A stretch of 64,000 nt of DNA, taken from NCBI RefSeq assembly GCF_009914755.1, contig NC_060932.1; one strand, given 5' to 3'. The notes under the pieces are model-generated. The model searched no databases. It was given only the letters and a program-made list of their open reading frames with translations, and was not told where the DNA came from. A program made the position numbers and the translations under genes. The stretch comes from the human T2T-CHM13v2.0 reference genome, Homo sapiens. Positions 16,311 to 28,870 of the stretch are shown here, in pieces; the stretch's first letter is position 1; each line of letters opens with the position of its first letter.

Positions 16311-16440
16311 CCCATTTATTCCTGAGGTTGCAATTTTTTGAATTTTTGCAATCAGACCTTGGCAATGACCTTGAGCAGTAGGATATAAATAACTCCCACA
16401 TGCTTGTCTTTCCAATAATGAAACACTGGGCATAAATGGG
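16311..16440. mobile_element. MER85 (non-autonomous piggyBac/PGBD3 derivative)
   Basis: TIRs CCCATTTAT...ATAAATGGG, flanked by TTAA (16307-16310) and TCAA (16441-16444). Internal CAGACCTTGGCAATGACCTTGAGCAGTAGGATATAAATAACTCCCAC. Confidence 0.92.
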
Positions 16441-17384
16441 TCAATAGAGCAGAAAGATAAATCTGATAAATAGCAGAGTACTTCTGAGTACTTTGACCTG
16501 TGCTTGCTTAGAGAAGCCTGATACTGAACTGTATCCAATTTCATTTTAAAAATTTTCATTAAGCAGGTGGCATTATCCTCATCACAATTTTTTGCATGCT
16601 TTTTTCTTAGGTTGATTTCTATGCTTTTAAATTTTGTTTGGGTTAAGAGAATGTTGGTTGTTCTTTACTTCATTGTAGGCGTTGTCATGGTGGTGGTTGT
16701 GGTGGTGGTGGTTTTCCAGAGGAAAACAGGGAGAGGAAAAAATTTTTTTAAAAAGTGGGAGAGAATGAGAAAGGCCTAAGAACAACAGAAAGAAGAAGAA
16801 GATGAAAAGTTCCTGAGAAAGAGGTAAGAAGAGGTAGTAATATGCTGGCGAGCTGTCTGGGGTGAGGGGAAGCTGAATTTGAATTTTTTGCCAATTTCCA
16901 CAGTGTAATATTCTCACCATGGTTGATTTCATACTACTAGCATGATAGCGCTAAGTGTGGAATTAAAAAGAGAAGTGCCCAACTGCTCTTGCAAGCGACA
17001 GGAGTCTTATAAGTTGGCTGTAGAACACCACTGGGAAAGAGTGAGGAGAGAGAGAAGAAACAGAGGCAGAAGGACAGAATGTAAGAGAAATTTAAGAATG
17101 AGTTGAGGGAAAGGACTGGTGTTGAGATGATGTGTGTTTTGTGATTCCCAGGCTAAGAGCGTAATCATCCAAATACGATAAATGTTCCTCTTCCTGGAGT
17201 CCAGAATTAGAAGAGTCCCTACCCATGATTTAGTAAGAAAGTTTTCCCAGGGGGCTTTCATTGCTAATAGACACACTGTTTTCATAAGACACAGAATGAG
17301 TCATATTCTAGAGGCAGCAATGCTCTCCCATGCAGGTATTCCCCGAGAAGACCCACCCATAGAGAGGAAGGCACAATTCCTTCT

Positions 17385-17552
17385 AAAGCTGTTCTTTCAT
17401 ATTTGAATGTGCATAAAAATCACCTAGGGATCTTGTTAAATTGAGGATTCTGACTCGGTAAGTCGTGGGTAGTCCTGAGATTCTGCTTTTTGAAGGTTCC
17501 TAGGTGATGCTGATGCTGCAGGTGTTTGAACCACAGTTTGAGTTTCAAGGAC
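17385..17552. mobile_element. MER5A-type hAT element
   Basis: AATCACCTAGGGATCTTGTTAAA...GATTCTGA...CCTGAGATTCTGC...AGGTGATGCTGATGCTGC...ACCACAGTTTGAG. Confidence 0.8.
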
Positions 17553-18299
17553 CTAGTCTAGTCTCTCAGCATGTGCATCTTTGGGTGACAGACGTAAATC
17601 TGCATGTGTCTCATGAGCAAATCCTGCTCTTCATGAAGTGCCACATTCTTTTCTTGTACTCCAGAAGTAATGAACTAATCATCATAGATTCTAGATTCTG
17701 ATTAGACACACACATGCAATAACAATAGTAATCATCTTCACTTCTATCTTCTAAGTGCCAATTTTGTGCCATTGACTAACTTCCCATCAATAGCTAATAA
17801 ATGTTCATCTGCTTGCCCGTTATCATAAATACAGTTCATAACAAAGAAACCCTCTTTGCTTATATCTCATCTGACAGTTGAATCACTTATCTAACAAGTT
17901 CAGCTTACATTTGTATTTTTCATCCTTCTCTCATAACCATTGTCCTTCACAGTTAACCATGGTTTGAACATCAGGTTCCTGCCTCTAGACTTCAGGAAGT
18001 TGATAGGGAGTCAGGCAAAAGTCCTTTTTTCCTCCAAAGCCATCCTTAGGCTGGCTTCTTCCTATGGGCCTCCTACACCATCTTTTCTTCATGTGTTATT
18101 GTCAATCCATTTCAAAAATACCTTCCTCATTTATTAAATACAACAGTTTCATATTTCCCAACCATGAGTAAGATTGCTTATTGAAAGCAAACTACCCTAT
18201 CATCAATAGAAATCAAGCTAGGGAAAGAGCATAAACACCCTGAGGGAAGGAGGAAAGGTGAGGAAGAGAAGAAATGCTAGCTTTGCCAATTTCTCGCTC

Positions 18300-18318
18300 T
18301 GTCCACTAGGTGACATCG
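18300..18318 (+). promoter_or_regulatory. Candidate CTCF motif
   Basis: TGTCCACTAGGTGACATC resembles the CTCF core CCACTAGGTGGC with one mismatch, in non-repeat DNA. Motif match only. Confidence 0.35.
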
Positions 18319-18499
18319 TCATCCACAGGTTGGAAGAAATGGACTTCGGACCACTGTGAGGGATGTAAGAGCTTCCAGAAATGCTTCTGTGCTATGTGAT
18401 TATAAAAATGAGTGTTAGCGTTTAAACAAATGCTTATATTTTTATTCTAACTAAAGATTCCTGATACTGCAGTTGTAACCTCAAGAGAGGGCTTTAAAA

Positions 18500-18735
18500 A
18501 ATGAGCATGGGCTTTCGAGTTAGATAGATCTAGCTTTAAGTACAAGAATCCATCATTTACTGGCTGTGACTGTGTCCTTGGGCAAATGACTTAAACACTC
18601 TGTCTTCATTTCCTTATCTGTAAATTGGTGATAATGTGAAGTCTGGTATCATAAAATACTTTTCAAGATTAAATTACCTAACAGTTAAGAAGTGGCTACC
18701 ACATAATAGACATAACATAGATATTAGTTATTTTT
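18500..18735 (+). mobile_element. MIR
   Basis: TGTGTCCTTGGGCAAATGACTTAAACACTCTGTCTTCATTTCCTTATCTGTAAA core. Confidence 0.75.
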
Positions 18736-18944
18736 CCCACTTTTGGTCTTTAAAAAAAAAAAAAGAATGACTTTTCAATGCTAAAAATTTCAAGTCTTGT
18801 GAATACTGAAATTTTTTAGAAAGGGTGAAAACTTACTGAGGAAATAAATCACACATCATAAATCTTTTAAATGCAGACACAGACACATACACACACACAC
18901 ACACACAGAGTCTCCACACATATATTTATTTTAATATATATGTG

Positions 18945-19241
18945 GGCTGGGCGCAGCGGCTCATGCTTGTAATTCTAGCACTTTGGGAGGCTGAGGCGGG
19001 TGGATCACTTGAGGCCAGGAGTTTGAGACCAGCCTGGCCAACATGGCAAAACCCCGTCTCTACTAAAAATACAAAAAAAAAAAAAAAAAAAAAACTAGCC
19101 AGGCGTGGTGGTGGGTGCCTGTAATCCCAGCTATTTGAGAGGTTGAGGCAGGAGAATCACTTGAACCCGGGAGGCAGAGGTTTTAACGAGCAGAGATCGC
19201 GCCACTGCACTCCACCCTGGGCACCAAGAGGGAAAAAAAAA
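18945..19241 (+). mobile_element. AluS (Sz-like) with an expanded central A tract
   Basis: Dimeric Alu. The middle linker is expanded to about 21 A (19073-19093). Confidence 0.9.
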
Positions 19242-19369
19242 TTTTTTTGACTAGGTAAAGTTTTGCTTTAAAAGTCCATTTTTAGGAACATTGTTGATCC
19301 CATTGTTTCATCGCAATAGAGTTCATTCACCATTTACTGCTATCATTATCTTTTTAATCAATAAAGGTG

Positions 19370-19720
19370 GTATTTATTATTTATAACATAATAATGTCTT
19401 ACAATTGAACTTCTCTAAGATTTTAGATTCAGATTTTTTTTATTCAATCTTATAACAATTTCAGCAAGGTGGCAGATTAGCTATTATTATTTCTATTGCA
19501 CAGATAAAGAAATACAACTTATGTAAGTTAACAAAGATCATATAGGACAGTGGAATGAGAAATTGATATGTCGGTTAATCCTTCAAGACAAATTCACTTA
19601 TCTATGATATTCAGACTGGGGACTGTTGAGAAGTTAGGGAACTTGCCCAGTTACATGACTGATAAATGAATGTGGCTGGAAGAATTTGAATCCAGGTCTG
19701 TCTGACGCTACAGCTACACT
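19370..19720 (-). mobile_element. Two MIR fragments
   Basis: ACAGATAAAGAAA...AAGTTAAC and GAAGTTAGGGAACTTGCCCAG...ATTTGAATCCAGGTCTGTCTGAC. Confidence 0.6.
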
Positions 19721-19735
19721 TGTTTACTCTTCTAT

Positions 19736-20183
19736 GGAGACAGCCAAGTAAAAAGCTCCCTGGCAGAGCCTCTGACCGGGCTGCATACTGGGAAGAATGC
19801 ACAGTGGGGTGGAGCCTCGGGAATTTTGCACTGTTCACAGTGGGGAGGAGTTTGGACACTCCTGTTCTGGGGTTGGTGGGAAGTTCACCCCGTTCGCAGT
19901 GAGGAGGAGCCTGGACACTCCTGTTCTGGGGTGGGAAGTTCGCCCCGTTTGCAGTGGGGAGGAGCCTGGACACTCTTGTTCTGGGGTGGCACCTGGGATT
20001 CAATCTGTGAGGCGGGAAACCAGCTAGCAGGACTCTCACTTTGTGGAGAGCCCCTGTTTCCCTTTTCTTCCTTTTCCCCCAATAAATTCCATTTTTCTCA
20101 CCCTTCAAAGTGTCTGCAAGCCCAATCTTTCATGGCTGTGTGACAAGGACCCATCGCTGAACTAAGGAGAAAGTCCTGCAACA
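19736..20183 (+). mobile_element. MER61A/B-like ERV1 solo LTR with an internal tandem triplication
   Basis: GAGACAGCC start, GGTGGAGCCTCGGGAA, AATAAA, end GCTGAACTAAGGAGAAAGTCCTGCAACA. 4-bp near-TSD CTAT/CTAC. Confidence 0.8.
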
Positions 20184-21377
20184 CTACTATTATCACCTCA
20201 CACCTAAGGCTGTTTTAACTTGGACAGCACTTTACATTAATGGCATATTTGCATATGTTATCTGGTTTTGAATGTTATCTTTACAACCGTTCTGTGAAAT
20301 TAGGAACAGCCAATGTCATTGTAATTTTAATTTTAGAAATTTGAATGGAACTTCAGTTAGCAAATACATGGCACCCCTAAGTCACTAACACTGTGGTTGG
20401 AAGGTTTGGTTGGAAGAGAAGAAAACGCCTGCATGAGCAATGAAGTGCCTCCATGGGCAAGGCCAAGAATTTTACACAATTCTTCCCTCACTCCATGAGG
20501 CTTGAGACAATGTGCAAGCCCCTCAACGCAGACATCTTTGGAAGATGTTGTGTTGGAACTTGAGATTGGTGGCATCTAGGACTGTGGTCATATGTTTAAA
20601 CATGCTGCCTGTTATAAACACAACTTGCTTTACTTGGCAAATCTCTTTTTATTTTTCAAGGAAGCAAGAGTTCAGAGCAGAATAAAGAACTACATTAACA
20701 GCAGTGCCTGAGAGCTTGCACCTGCCTCAAACAGACAGCTTGCAAATTAGCCCCAATCGATTGAATTTCCAGAGAGAAAGGGGAATAAAAAGACAATCAA
20801 GTCAACCCCCTACCCCTGTTCAGCCAGTGGGACACCATCATTCATGTCTCAAACTCAGTATGTGCTATTTATAAATAATTCCAGACCCCATGATGCCAAA
20901 TAAACCCTCCACTATTTATACACCATTTCAGGGGAAGCAGGACAAGCTTCAAGTCTAGAGCCTGTAGACTTTTCTTGGTGTTTCCAGAAATTCACTGGAA
21001 ATTATCCTCACGCCTTCTAACTGGTGGCTTTAGGATTTTATCAGGACACGCTGCATGAATGGCAGACCCCGGCTGCAAGCAAGAGATGTGAGGATGCCTG
21101 TTGAGCATTATGAATGCAGGTGAGAGCCAGGGGCCCTGTAGTGCTCAGAACTTCGCTGTTGTAGCCCAATAGCAAAATTGAGATGTGTGCCTCCTCTGGT
21201 AGCAACAGAGATAAGGGGCGCAGCTCTAACTGATGAAATGCCCATGTGTTATTCCTAAAGTATTTTCTTGGAACAGATACGCTTTGTATTAATTAGGGTT
21301 TAGTCAGGAAAAAAAAAAAAAGTTATGCCTGGTTATGAGTGTGCTGAGATGATTACAAAGCCAATCAGGAGAAGGTC

Positions 21378-21830
21378 AGTATATAAGTTTGAGTCCTCCA
21401 AGAAGCAGACATCAAGGTGGGATTAGGTATGCAAAAGATTTATTGGGGGAAGCACCTGTAAAGTATAAAGCAGGAGGGTGAAGAAGGAGGAAACTGGAGC
21501 CTTCAGAAAGTCAGATCTGACACCAATAGAAGGAAGGACAGGATAGGAAGAGCCTCAGGTTGCAGCACAGTCTGGCCTCTCAAACAGATGGGTGGGGAGT
21601 TTCCAAGAAATAGTTGATCAATAGAAGAGTCCTGAATTAGGCAAGAGTAAACTGGATCTAATTCCCTGCCACGAGCAGTCATTGCCTGGGAGCAGCCTGG
21701 AGGAAACATGGTCTCCTCCAACTCCAAATGAATCCATACAGTGGTGAAGCAGCTTGGATGATCAGTCGACTATGTCACCCTTGCAGTTAAAGGAACATCT
21801 AATTAGCACTGTTCCATAGCTGCCAAGGTG
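21378..21830 (-). mobile_element. Old ERVL LTR (LTR16 family, tentative)
   Basis: GTCCTCCAAGAAGCAGAC...AAGATTTATTGGGGGAAGCACCTGT (antisense AATAAA)...CAGTCATTGCCTGGGAGCAGCC. Confidence 0.55.
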
Positions 21831-22114
21831 AAGAAACACAGAGATAACCAACGATTAGGAAGCCAGTGCCAGTCCTAGGGCTACAGGCAAAGGGGAGAAG
21901 AAGCTGTTACATTGTTACAGTTGCCATTGCCCTGCAGGTGCTGGGGTAACAGAGAAAATGTGGGCACTCCAGAAGAAGAGGCAGAACAACAACAAAAGTA
22001 ATCAAACAAATAAGCAAGGTAATTAAAGTCAGTGAAACGGACCCAGCCAGTCAGTTCTCCTAATTAGAATTGCTTTTTAAAAATTAACTTTTGAATAGTT
22101 CAAGTGGAGAAATT

Positions 22115-25100
22115 TCCCTTCTAGCCAATGTGGAGTAACAAGGACTGCATTTATCCAGCTGCCTGAAACAATTAAAAATTCAAACAAAATATATGCAACA
22201 ATCATTCTCAAATCATTGGACCTCAAACAAAGAAGGGCAGTGATTCTGAGACAAAAAAAAAAAGATGATTCTCCACTAATGCTTCATATTACTACTTGAA
22301 GAAGGTTTCCAGGAGGTGGTACATGGAGTGCAAACCCATGCAGAGACTGGTGAACTTCCTGGGTTAAGGAAGCAGACATGAGAGTCTACAGGAGCAAAGA
22401 CAACTGGAGTTTACAGGGGAGAGTGTTAGAGATAAGAGATCTGCAAAGAGAGAGCTATTTTGGGGTATCTACAGAGGGTGCCTCTCAAATATTCAACTAA
22501 GTACAAATCAGTGAAGGCATGTGAGAAGACTCCCCAAGTCTAGTGAAAGAAATACCCCCAAATATTAGAGGGAATATATGCAAAGCACACATAGGCTATA
22601 CCCACTAGCTAGAGGAGAGAACCACATAATTCATATAGCATCATGTATAATACATGGCGAATTTTGTCTTAGTAGTGCTGGAAAATTAGCCCTAGACTAA
22701 ATGTTCTGGTACCAGCAAACACACTTTGAAAAGATCAACCTGTTTCAAAGTAACTTAACCACATTCCAAGACAAAACTCAAAAATATTTATAGAGACACC
22801 AAAATATCCAGCATGCAGCAAGGTAAAATTTAAATAGCCTGGCAGCCAATAAAAAAATTTCAAGCATGCAAAGCAGTAGGGAAGTACTACTGATAATTAA
22901 GAAACAAATCAATTAGTCAAAACTGACCCCGAACTAGAAAAGATTATAGAATTAATAGACAAGGACTTTAAAACAGCTATTATAGCAGGATACTATACAA
23001 GAAGGTAAAGATTAAGTATGTTAAGAAGAGAAATAAAGACTATAACAATTAAAAATTAAACTTCAAGAAATAAACATTATAATATATAAGATGAAAAATA
23101 TGCTAAATTGGATTTAAAATAGACTAGATATTGTAGAAGAAAAGATTTGTGAAGTTTATATACAAACTTTAAACTTTTAAAGTATGCAAAGAAATAAAAT
23201 AAAATAAACCACACAAGAGAAAAAAAGAGATAGAAAAAAGAAGAAGAGAGCAGATCATCAGTGAGTTATAGGATAACTTCAAGGAGCCCAACATATGTGT
23301 AATTGGTCCTGAAAGGAGGACATAAAAATATTTTATAACACAGTGGCTGAAAATTTTCAAAATGTGAAGAAAACTTTAAAGCCATAGATCCAAGGATATC
23401 AACATACCCATGAAAAATAAATGTGGAGAAAATTATATCAAGGCACATCATAATCAAAGTTATTAAAACAAATGAAAGAAAAAGAGCTTTCAATCAGCCA
23501 TGCAAATGAAGTGTATAACATACAGTGAACAAAAATAATGATAATAGTAAATTTCTCATAGGATATAGGGGAAGCCAGGAGAAAGTGGTACAAAATCTTT
23601 AAACTATTGAAAGAAAACATAAAACCAACTTAGTATTCTTTCCCAGCAAAAATATTTTTCTATAACAAAGATGAAGGAAAAACTTATTCAAGTTTATATC
23701 CAGCAAACCTGCATTGTAAGAAATATTAAAGGAAGTACTTATACTTCAAATAGAAAGAAAATGGTACCAGATAGAAACCTGAATCTACAAAGAAATAAAA
23801 AGAATAGAAACTGTAAACACGTAAGTAAACATAAAACTACTTTTCGTATTATTTAATTACCTTTAAAAGATAATTATCTGCTTAAATCAATAATAACCAC
23901 AATACATTGTGAGATTATCACATATGTAAATGTAAAATTTTTGACAATAACACAAATACCAGAAGCAAAATAGTGAAACTATACCCTTGTAATGTTTTTA
24001 TAGTATATAACATATAATACCACTTGAAAGTAGATTGTGATAAGTCCAAAATACTCTAAACCCTAAAGCAATTATTGAAAGAACACAATGAAGAGTTAAA
24101 ACTAATAAACCAACAAAAGAGATAAAACAAAATCATAAAAATACAAAATTCATCCAAAAGAAGCATAAAAAGAAAGTGGGAACCCCACAATAGAACAAAC
24201 AGGAAAAAATGGCAACATTGCAAGTTTAAACAAACTATTTCAATAATCATATGAAACACAAATAAACATCATAATTAAAAGGCATAGATTCTCAAATTGG
24301 CTTCAAAAGCAGGACTTCACTATATGCAACCTAGAAGATACCTACCTTAAATATATAGACACAAATGTATTAAAAATAAAAAGAGGGAAGAAGATGTACT
24401 ATGATAACACTGACCAAAAGTAACCTGAACTGTCTATATTAATATCAGAAAACATAGAATTCAGAGCAAAGAGTATTACTCAAGATAAAGAACATTATTT
24501 TATAACATAAAGGGGTAACACTCATTAAGAAGAAATTACAATAACACTCATGGACCTAATAATAAGACTGCAGAATACATAAAGTAAAAACTGATAAAAC
24601 TGCAAAGAGAAATAGACCAATTCAAAATTTTACTTAGAGATTTTAAAACCTCATTCTCAATTACTCATAGAATAAGTGGACAGAAAATCAGTAAGAATAT
24701 AGAAGACATGAATAACACAATGCAACCAAGTTGATATAATTGACATTTATAGATAGATCTACCCCAAAATAGCAAAATATACATTTATTTTTTCAAGCAC
24801 ACATGAAACAACTACCTAGATAGACCATATTATGGCCATAAAAATATCTCAATAAATTTTTGTAAATACAAGTTATCCAAGGTGTAATCTCTAGCAACAA
24901 TGGAAAATAAATAAGAAATCAATAACAGAAAGATATCTATAAAAGTCCCAAATATTTTAAATCAGAATAACACACTTCTAAATCATCAAAAGTCAAAGAA
25001 GAAATTAAGTACAACCTCTGAAAGTACTTTAAACAAAATGAAAATAAAAACACAATATATCAAAACTTGTGAGATCAACTAAAAGAGTTTTTAGATAGAA

Positions 25101-25290
25101 AGTTATAGCACTAAAAGACTATATTAGACAAAATATAGTCATAAATAATTGGCCTAGATTTCACCTTTAATAAAGCAGATAAACAAGAGCAAATTATACC
25201 CAGAGTAAGCAGAAGAAAGGAAATAATAAAGATTAGAACAGAAATCAATGCAATAGAAAATAGAAAACAATAATCTAATCAGTAAAACCC
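22115..25290 (+). mobile_element. Old L1M (L1MC/MD-type): 5' UTR, ORF1 and ORF2 endonuclease remnants; 3' part absent
   Basis: A-rich strand. ORF1-like motifs (AACATATGTGTAATTGG, CAAGGCACATCATAATCAAA, CCAGCAAAAATAT) and ORF2 EN-like motifs (AATTAAAAGGCATAGATT, GACAGAAAATCAGTAAG, ATAGACCATAT). All reading frames are broken. Confidence 0.75.
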
Positions 25291-25499
25291 CTAAACTTCA
25301 AGTTTTTTATTTGTACAATGGGACCAAAAAACACTACTGTAATAAATCTTAGCAATTCTATTTTGTAACCCCAAGGATGAATGGTAGCTGTCATTTATCA
25401 TCAAAAATGCATTGTTTTTCTAATGACAAAGAAAAGGTAAAATAATAGTCAAATCTAATTTCCAGTGTCAAAAAAATTTTTATTCCACAACATCTTTAT

Positions 25500-26150
25500 T
25501 CATGTTATCTGCTTGGCTCCTGAGTCACGGGAGTCTGAAATTCTTGGCCTATACCTTAACATGACATTAAAATATTTTCATAAGCTCGTCTTAGCCTCCT
25601 GGTCCTTTCTTATCTCCCATAATTTGCATCCTCTGTTACAGCTGGATTAATGACCTCACTGCCCCCTCTATATATGCTATGCTCATTCTTGCTGATAACT
25701 TTGCACATACCTTCCTTTCACCTCTTTAAATTCTACTAACCCAAGAAAGGCTCTTTGTTAAACCAATCATTTCTATGAAGCTTTTTGATGCCTGTTAACT
25801 GAACCTTCTTACATAATCTAGGTGTTGAGGGATTGTACAATCAAGCAAAGAAAATAACACATGAACAAATAAACAGAATATAATGTGATAGGTACTCTAC
25901 ATGTAACACAGGTATGCACAAAGTGCAATGGAATTGTAGAAGAGGGGGAAATAATTTCACCCAACAGATAAGAAAAGGATATACAGAAACATTCATATTT
26001 CCTATAGGCCTCAAAGAATGAGTAGAAGTTCAGTCACAAAATGAAGAAACCTGGACAGAAGAAGCAGCCTGTGTAAAGTCAAGAAGTGTAGCACTGCATG
26101 CTTATAGAACAGTGAGTAGCATGGAGTGGCTAGGCAAAGGATAGGGTCCA
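25500..26150. mobile_element. L2 fragments
   Basis: Degenerate L2 motifs (CTTTGCACATAC; GAATGAGTAGAAGTT...AGAAGCAGCCTGTGTAAAG). Confidence 0.5.
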
Positions 26151-26176
26151 GGTACTTACCCTGTCCAAATCCTCTC

Positions 26177-26975
26177 TGTCTGCAGGTGCAGGTTGGATTC
26201 TGTGGAAAGCAGATGGAATCAGAGATTGGCATGTGGGCATTTATTGGGACGTGCTCTTGGAATTAACACCTGTAGAAAGGAGGGAAAGGAAACAGGATTA
26301 GGGAAAGGGAGATGTTGAATTTCTATGCAACCCCAGTGATTGGATTAGATCACACCATAAGTAGCTCTGGAGCTGAGATGACCCCACATACTTTTATACT
26401 CCAGCCTTTATCAGTCACTGGATGTGGGCTCTTCTTAGAATGAGATATGACATTGGCTGAGTGTATTAGTCCATTTTCATACTGCTATGAAGAAATACCT
26501 GAGACTGGGTAATTTATAAAGAAATAGAGGTTTAATGGACTCACTGTTCTACATGGGGGGTTGGGGGGAGACCTCACAATCATGGTGGAAGGCAAAGAAG
26601 GAGTAAAGGCACATCTTACATGGCAGCAGGCAAGAGAGCATGTGCAGGGGAACTCCCCTTTATAAAACCATCAGATCTCATGAGACTTAGCCACTGTCAC
26701 AAGAGCAGCACAGGAAAAAACTCACCCCCAAGATTCAATTAACTCCCACTGGCTCCCTACCATGACACATGGGGATTATGGGAGCTATAATTCAAGATGA
26801 GATTTGGGTGAGGACACAGCCAAACCATATTAAGTGAGGCAATTTTCTTAACCAACAGAATCCTCGAGAAGGGTGGGAGACAAGGGTCATCCACTAGCAG
26901 CACTGCCAGCAGTTGAGACAATATGTTCTTCATCCCTGGAGGGGGTCTGTGTGGTGCATCAAATGTTCACCACAG
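26177..26975 (-). mobile_element. LTR16-family ERVL LTR interrupted by THE1
   Basis: GCAGGTTGGATTCTGTGGAAAGCAGA...TTTATTGGGACGTGCTCTTGGAATTAACACCTGT; sequence resumes after 26832. Confidence 0.6.
26462..26832 (-). mobile_element. THE1 (C/D-like) solo LTR
   Basis: TGTATTAGTCCATTTTCATACTGCTATGAAGAAATACCTGAGACTGGG...GACACAGCCAAACCATAT. Confidence 0.9.
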
Positions 26976-27835
26976 TCTGCCAACCTTGACAACCATATTT
27001 CCACCATTTTCCCTTTTCTTCTCAAGAAAAGGAATGGATTGAGGGGCTCTTAAATAAAGCAGCATTGATCTCCAAGGCTTGCCAAGCAAAGCTGAGAAAT
27101 TTATAGCTCAAGAAGGAATAAATCTTGTTTCAGATATTTAACAAAACACTAGCTACCAATACGGGAAAAAAAACCTTCAGAAACCAGCTCAAGAAGTAGA
27201 AGTATCCTTCAACAAGCAACTTGACCAGCTAGATCTTAGTGATATCTTGGACTGTCTTAGTGATATTTTTCCAAGGAATAGTTACCTTATAAATATAGAT
27301 ACTAATTATCTTAATTTAAAGTAGCTCATGACATCATGGAAATTGTGGTGGACATAAGTAATCAAAATATAGCAAAATAACATAGCCAGACTTAATTCAA
27401 AATGCTCTGTATGCAAGTGCTAACCTTCCGCGTGAGTTTATTGATTTGCTACCAGCTCAGACTTCCATGTAATGAAGTCAAGTCACTGTGACAAACTGGT
27501 CCACTCTTCTCTGTAGCAGGCAGAATTCTAATATGATCACCAATGACCCATATCTTTGTGTAATCTCCCTCTGAGTGGGGGTTAAACCTATGCCTTGTTT
27601 CTAACCAATAGTTTGTGGCAACGGTGATGAGTTATCACCTCATGATTATGTTATGCTATATGTCAAAGGTGAAGGGATTTTGCAGATGTAATTAAGGTGC
27701 CTAATCAGTTCAGTTTAAAGGAAGATTGTTAGAGGTGAGTCTTATCTAACTAGGTGTCCCATTTAGAAGAGGATCTAGAGATCAGAAATGAAATAAATAA
27801 AAGATATTTTATTTAAGACCCCCAAGAAACAGTCT

Positions 27836-27908
27836 GACTGGGCATGGTGACTCATGCCTATAATCCTAGTGCTTTGGGAGGCCAAGGGGGAGAATCATTT
27901 GAGGCCAG
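27836..27908 (+). mobile_element. Alu left-arm fragment
   Basis: GACTGGGCATGGTGACTCATGCCTATAATCCTAGTGCTTTGGGAGGCCAAGG. Confidence 0.8.
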
Positions 27909-28110
27909 AAAAAAGAAGAAACAAGCTACCATGAGTCCTATAGCTTTGATGAAACGAATTCTGTCAATAACCATGTGAGCATAAAAGAGGACCCTGGGCC
28001 TCATATGAGCCTCCAGACCAGCTGACACTTTGATTGCACCCTTGTGAGACATTGAGCAGAGGACTCAGCTAAGCTACGCATGAATTTCTGACCCACAGAA
28101 ACAGTGGGAC

Positions 28111-28480
28111 AGTTGGGTGCAGTGGCTCATGCCTGTAATCCCAGCACTTTGGGAGGCTGAAGTAGGAGGATTGCTTAGGGCCAAGAGTTCAAGACCAGCC
28201 TGGGTGACAGAGTAAGACCCTTGTCTTTACAAAAAAGTTAAAAAAATAAAAAAGTAGCCTGACATGGTGGCGTGCGTCTTTAGTCCCAGTTACTCAGGAA
28301 GCTGAGGTAGGAGGATTGCTTGAGCCTAGGAGTTCGAGGCTGGTGTGAGTTATTGTGCCACTGCACTCCAGCCTCAGTGACAAAGTGAGACCCTAGCACA
28401 AAAGGGAGGAAGGAAGGATGGAAGGAAGGAAGGAAGGAAGGAAGGAAGGAAGGAAGGAAGGAAGGAAGGAAGGAGGGAGG
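28111..28480 (+). mobile_element. AluJ with a (GGAA)n tail
   Basis: J diagnostics (GGAGGATTGCTTGAGCCTAGGAGTTCGAGGCTG, GTGAGACCC). GGAA array at about 28408-28472. Confidence 0.88.
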
Positions 28481-28620
28481 GATAATAAATGTATGTTGTT
28501 TTAAGGCACTAAATTTGTGGTCATTTGTTATGCAGCAAAAGAATACTAACACATTCTGCCTCCGGGTGTACTGTCAACTTGAAATTACACAATGATTGCT
28601 ATCTCATTTATTAAAAAATG

Positions 28621-28752
28621 TAGCTCAGTATGGTGGCACATGTCTGTAGTCCAAACTACTCAGGCTGAAATGGGAAGATCACTTGAGCCCAGGAGTTTGA
28701 AACAACTCTAGGCAACATAGTGAGACCTTGTCTCAAAAATAAATAAATAAAT
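28621..28752 (+). mobile_element. Alu monomer (FLAM-like)
   Basis: Single arm ending GGCAACATAGTGAGACCTTGTCTC followed by (AAAT)n. Confidence 0.8.
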
Positions 28753-28870
28753 ACAAGAAGCTGTGCTGATTTAAAAACAAATGTCCACAGTAAAAAGTCA
28801 TACTCCACCAGCTGCTATAAGAGGGCTGAGTGGACATCTAGGCCCAAATCTCATAAGCCTCATGACATAT

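Larger units (their letters stand above)
27512..28553 (+). mobile_element. MLT1E-like MaLR solo LTR with Alu insertions
   Basis: TGTAGCAGGCAGAATTCTAA...GGGATTTTGCAGATGTAATTAAGG...TTTGTTATGCAGCAA...CTAACACA. Near-TSD TTCTC/TTCTG. Confidence 0.8.

Noticed and set aside
19611-20143. 165-aa and overlapping ORFs with internal repeats; array superficially like a CRISPR
   Set aside because: Produced by the GC-rich tandem triplication inside an LTR. There are no unique spacers and the context is eukaryotic.
27817-28125. Both Alu starts in the MLT1E are preceded by GACCC..AGAAACAGT
   Set aside because: The two Alu sequences differ too much to be a local duplication; a short coincidental match is more likely.
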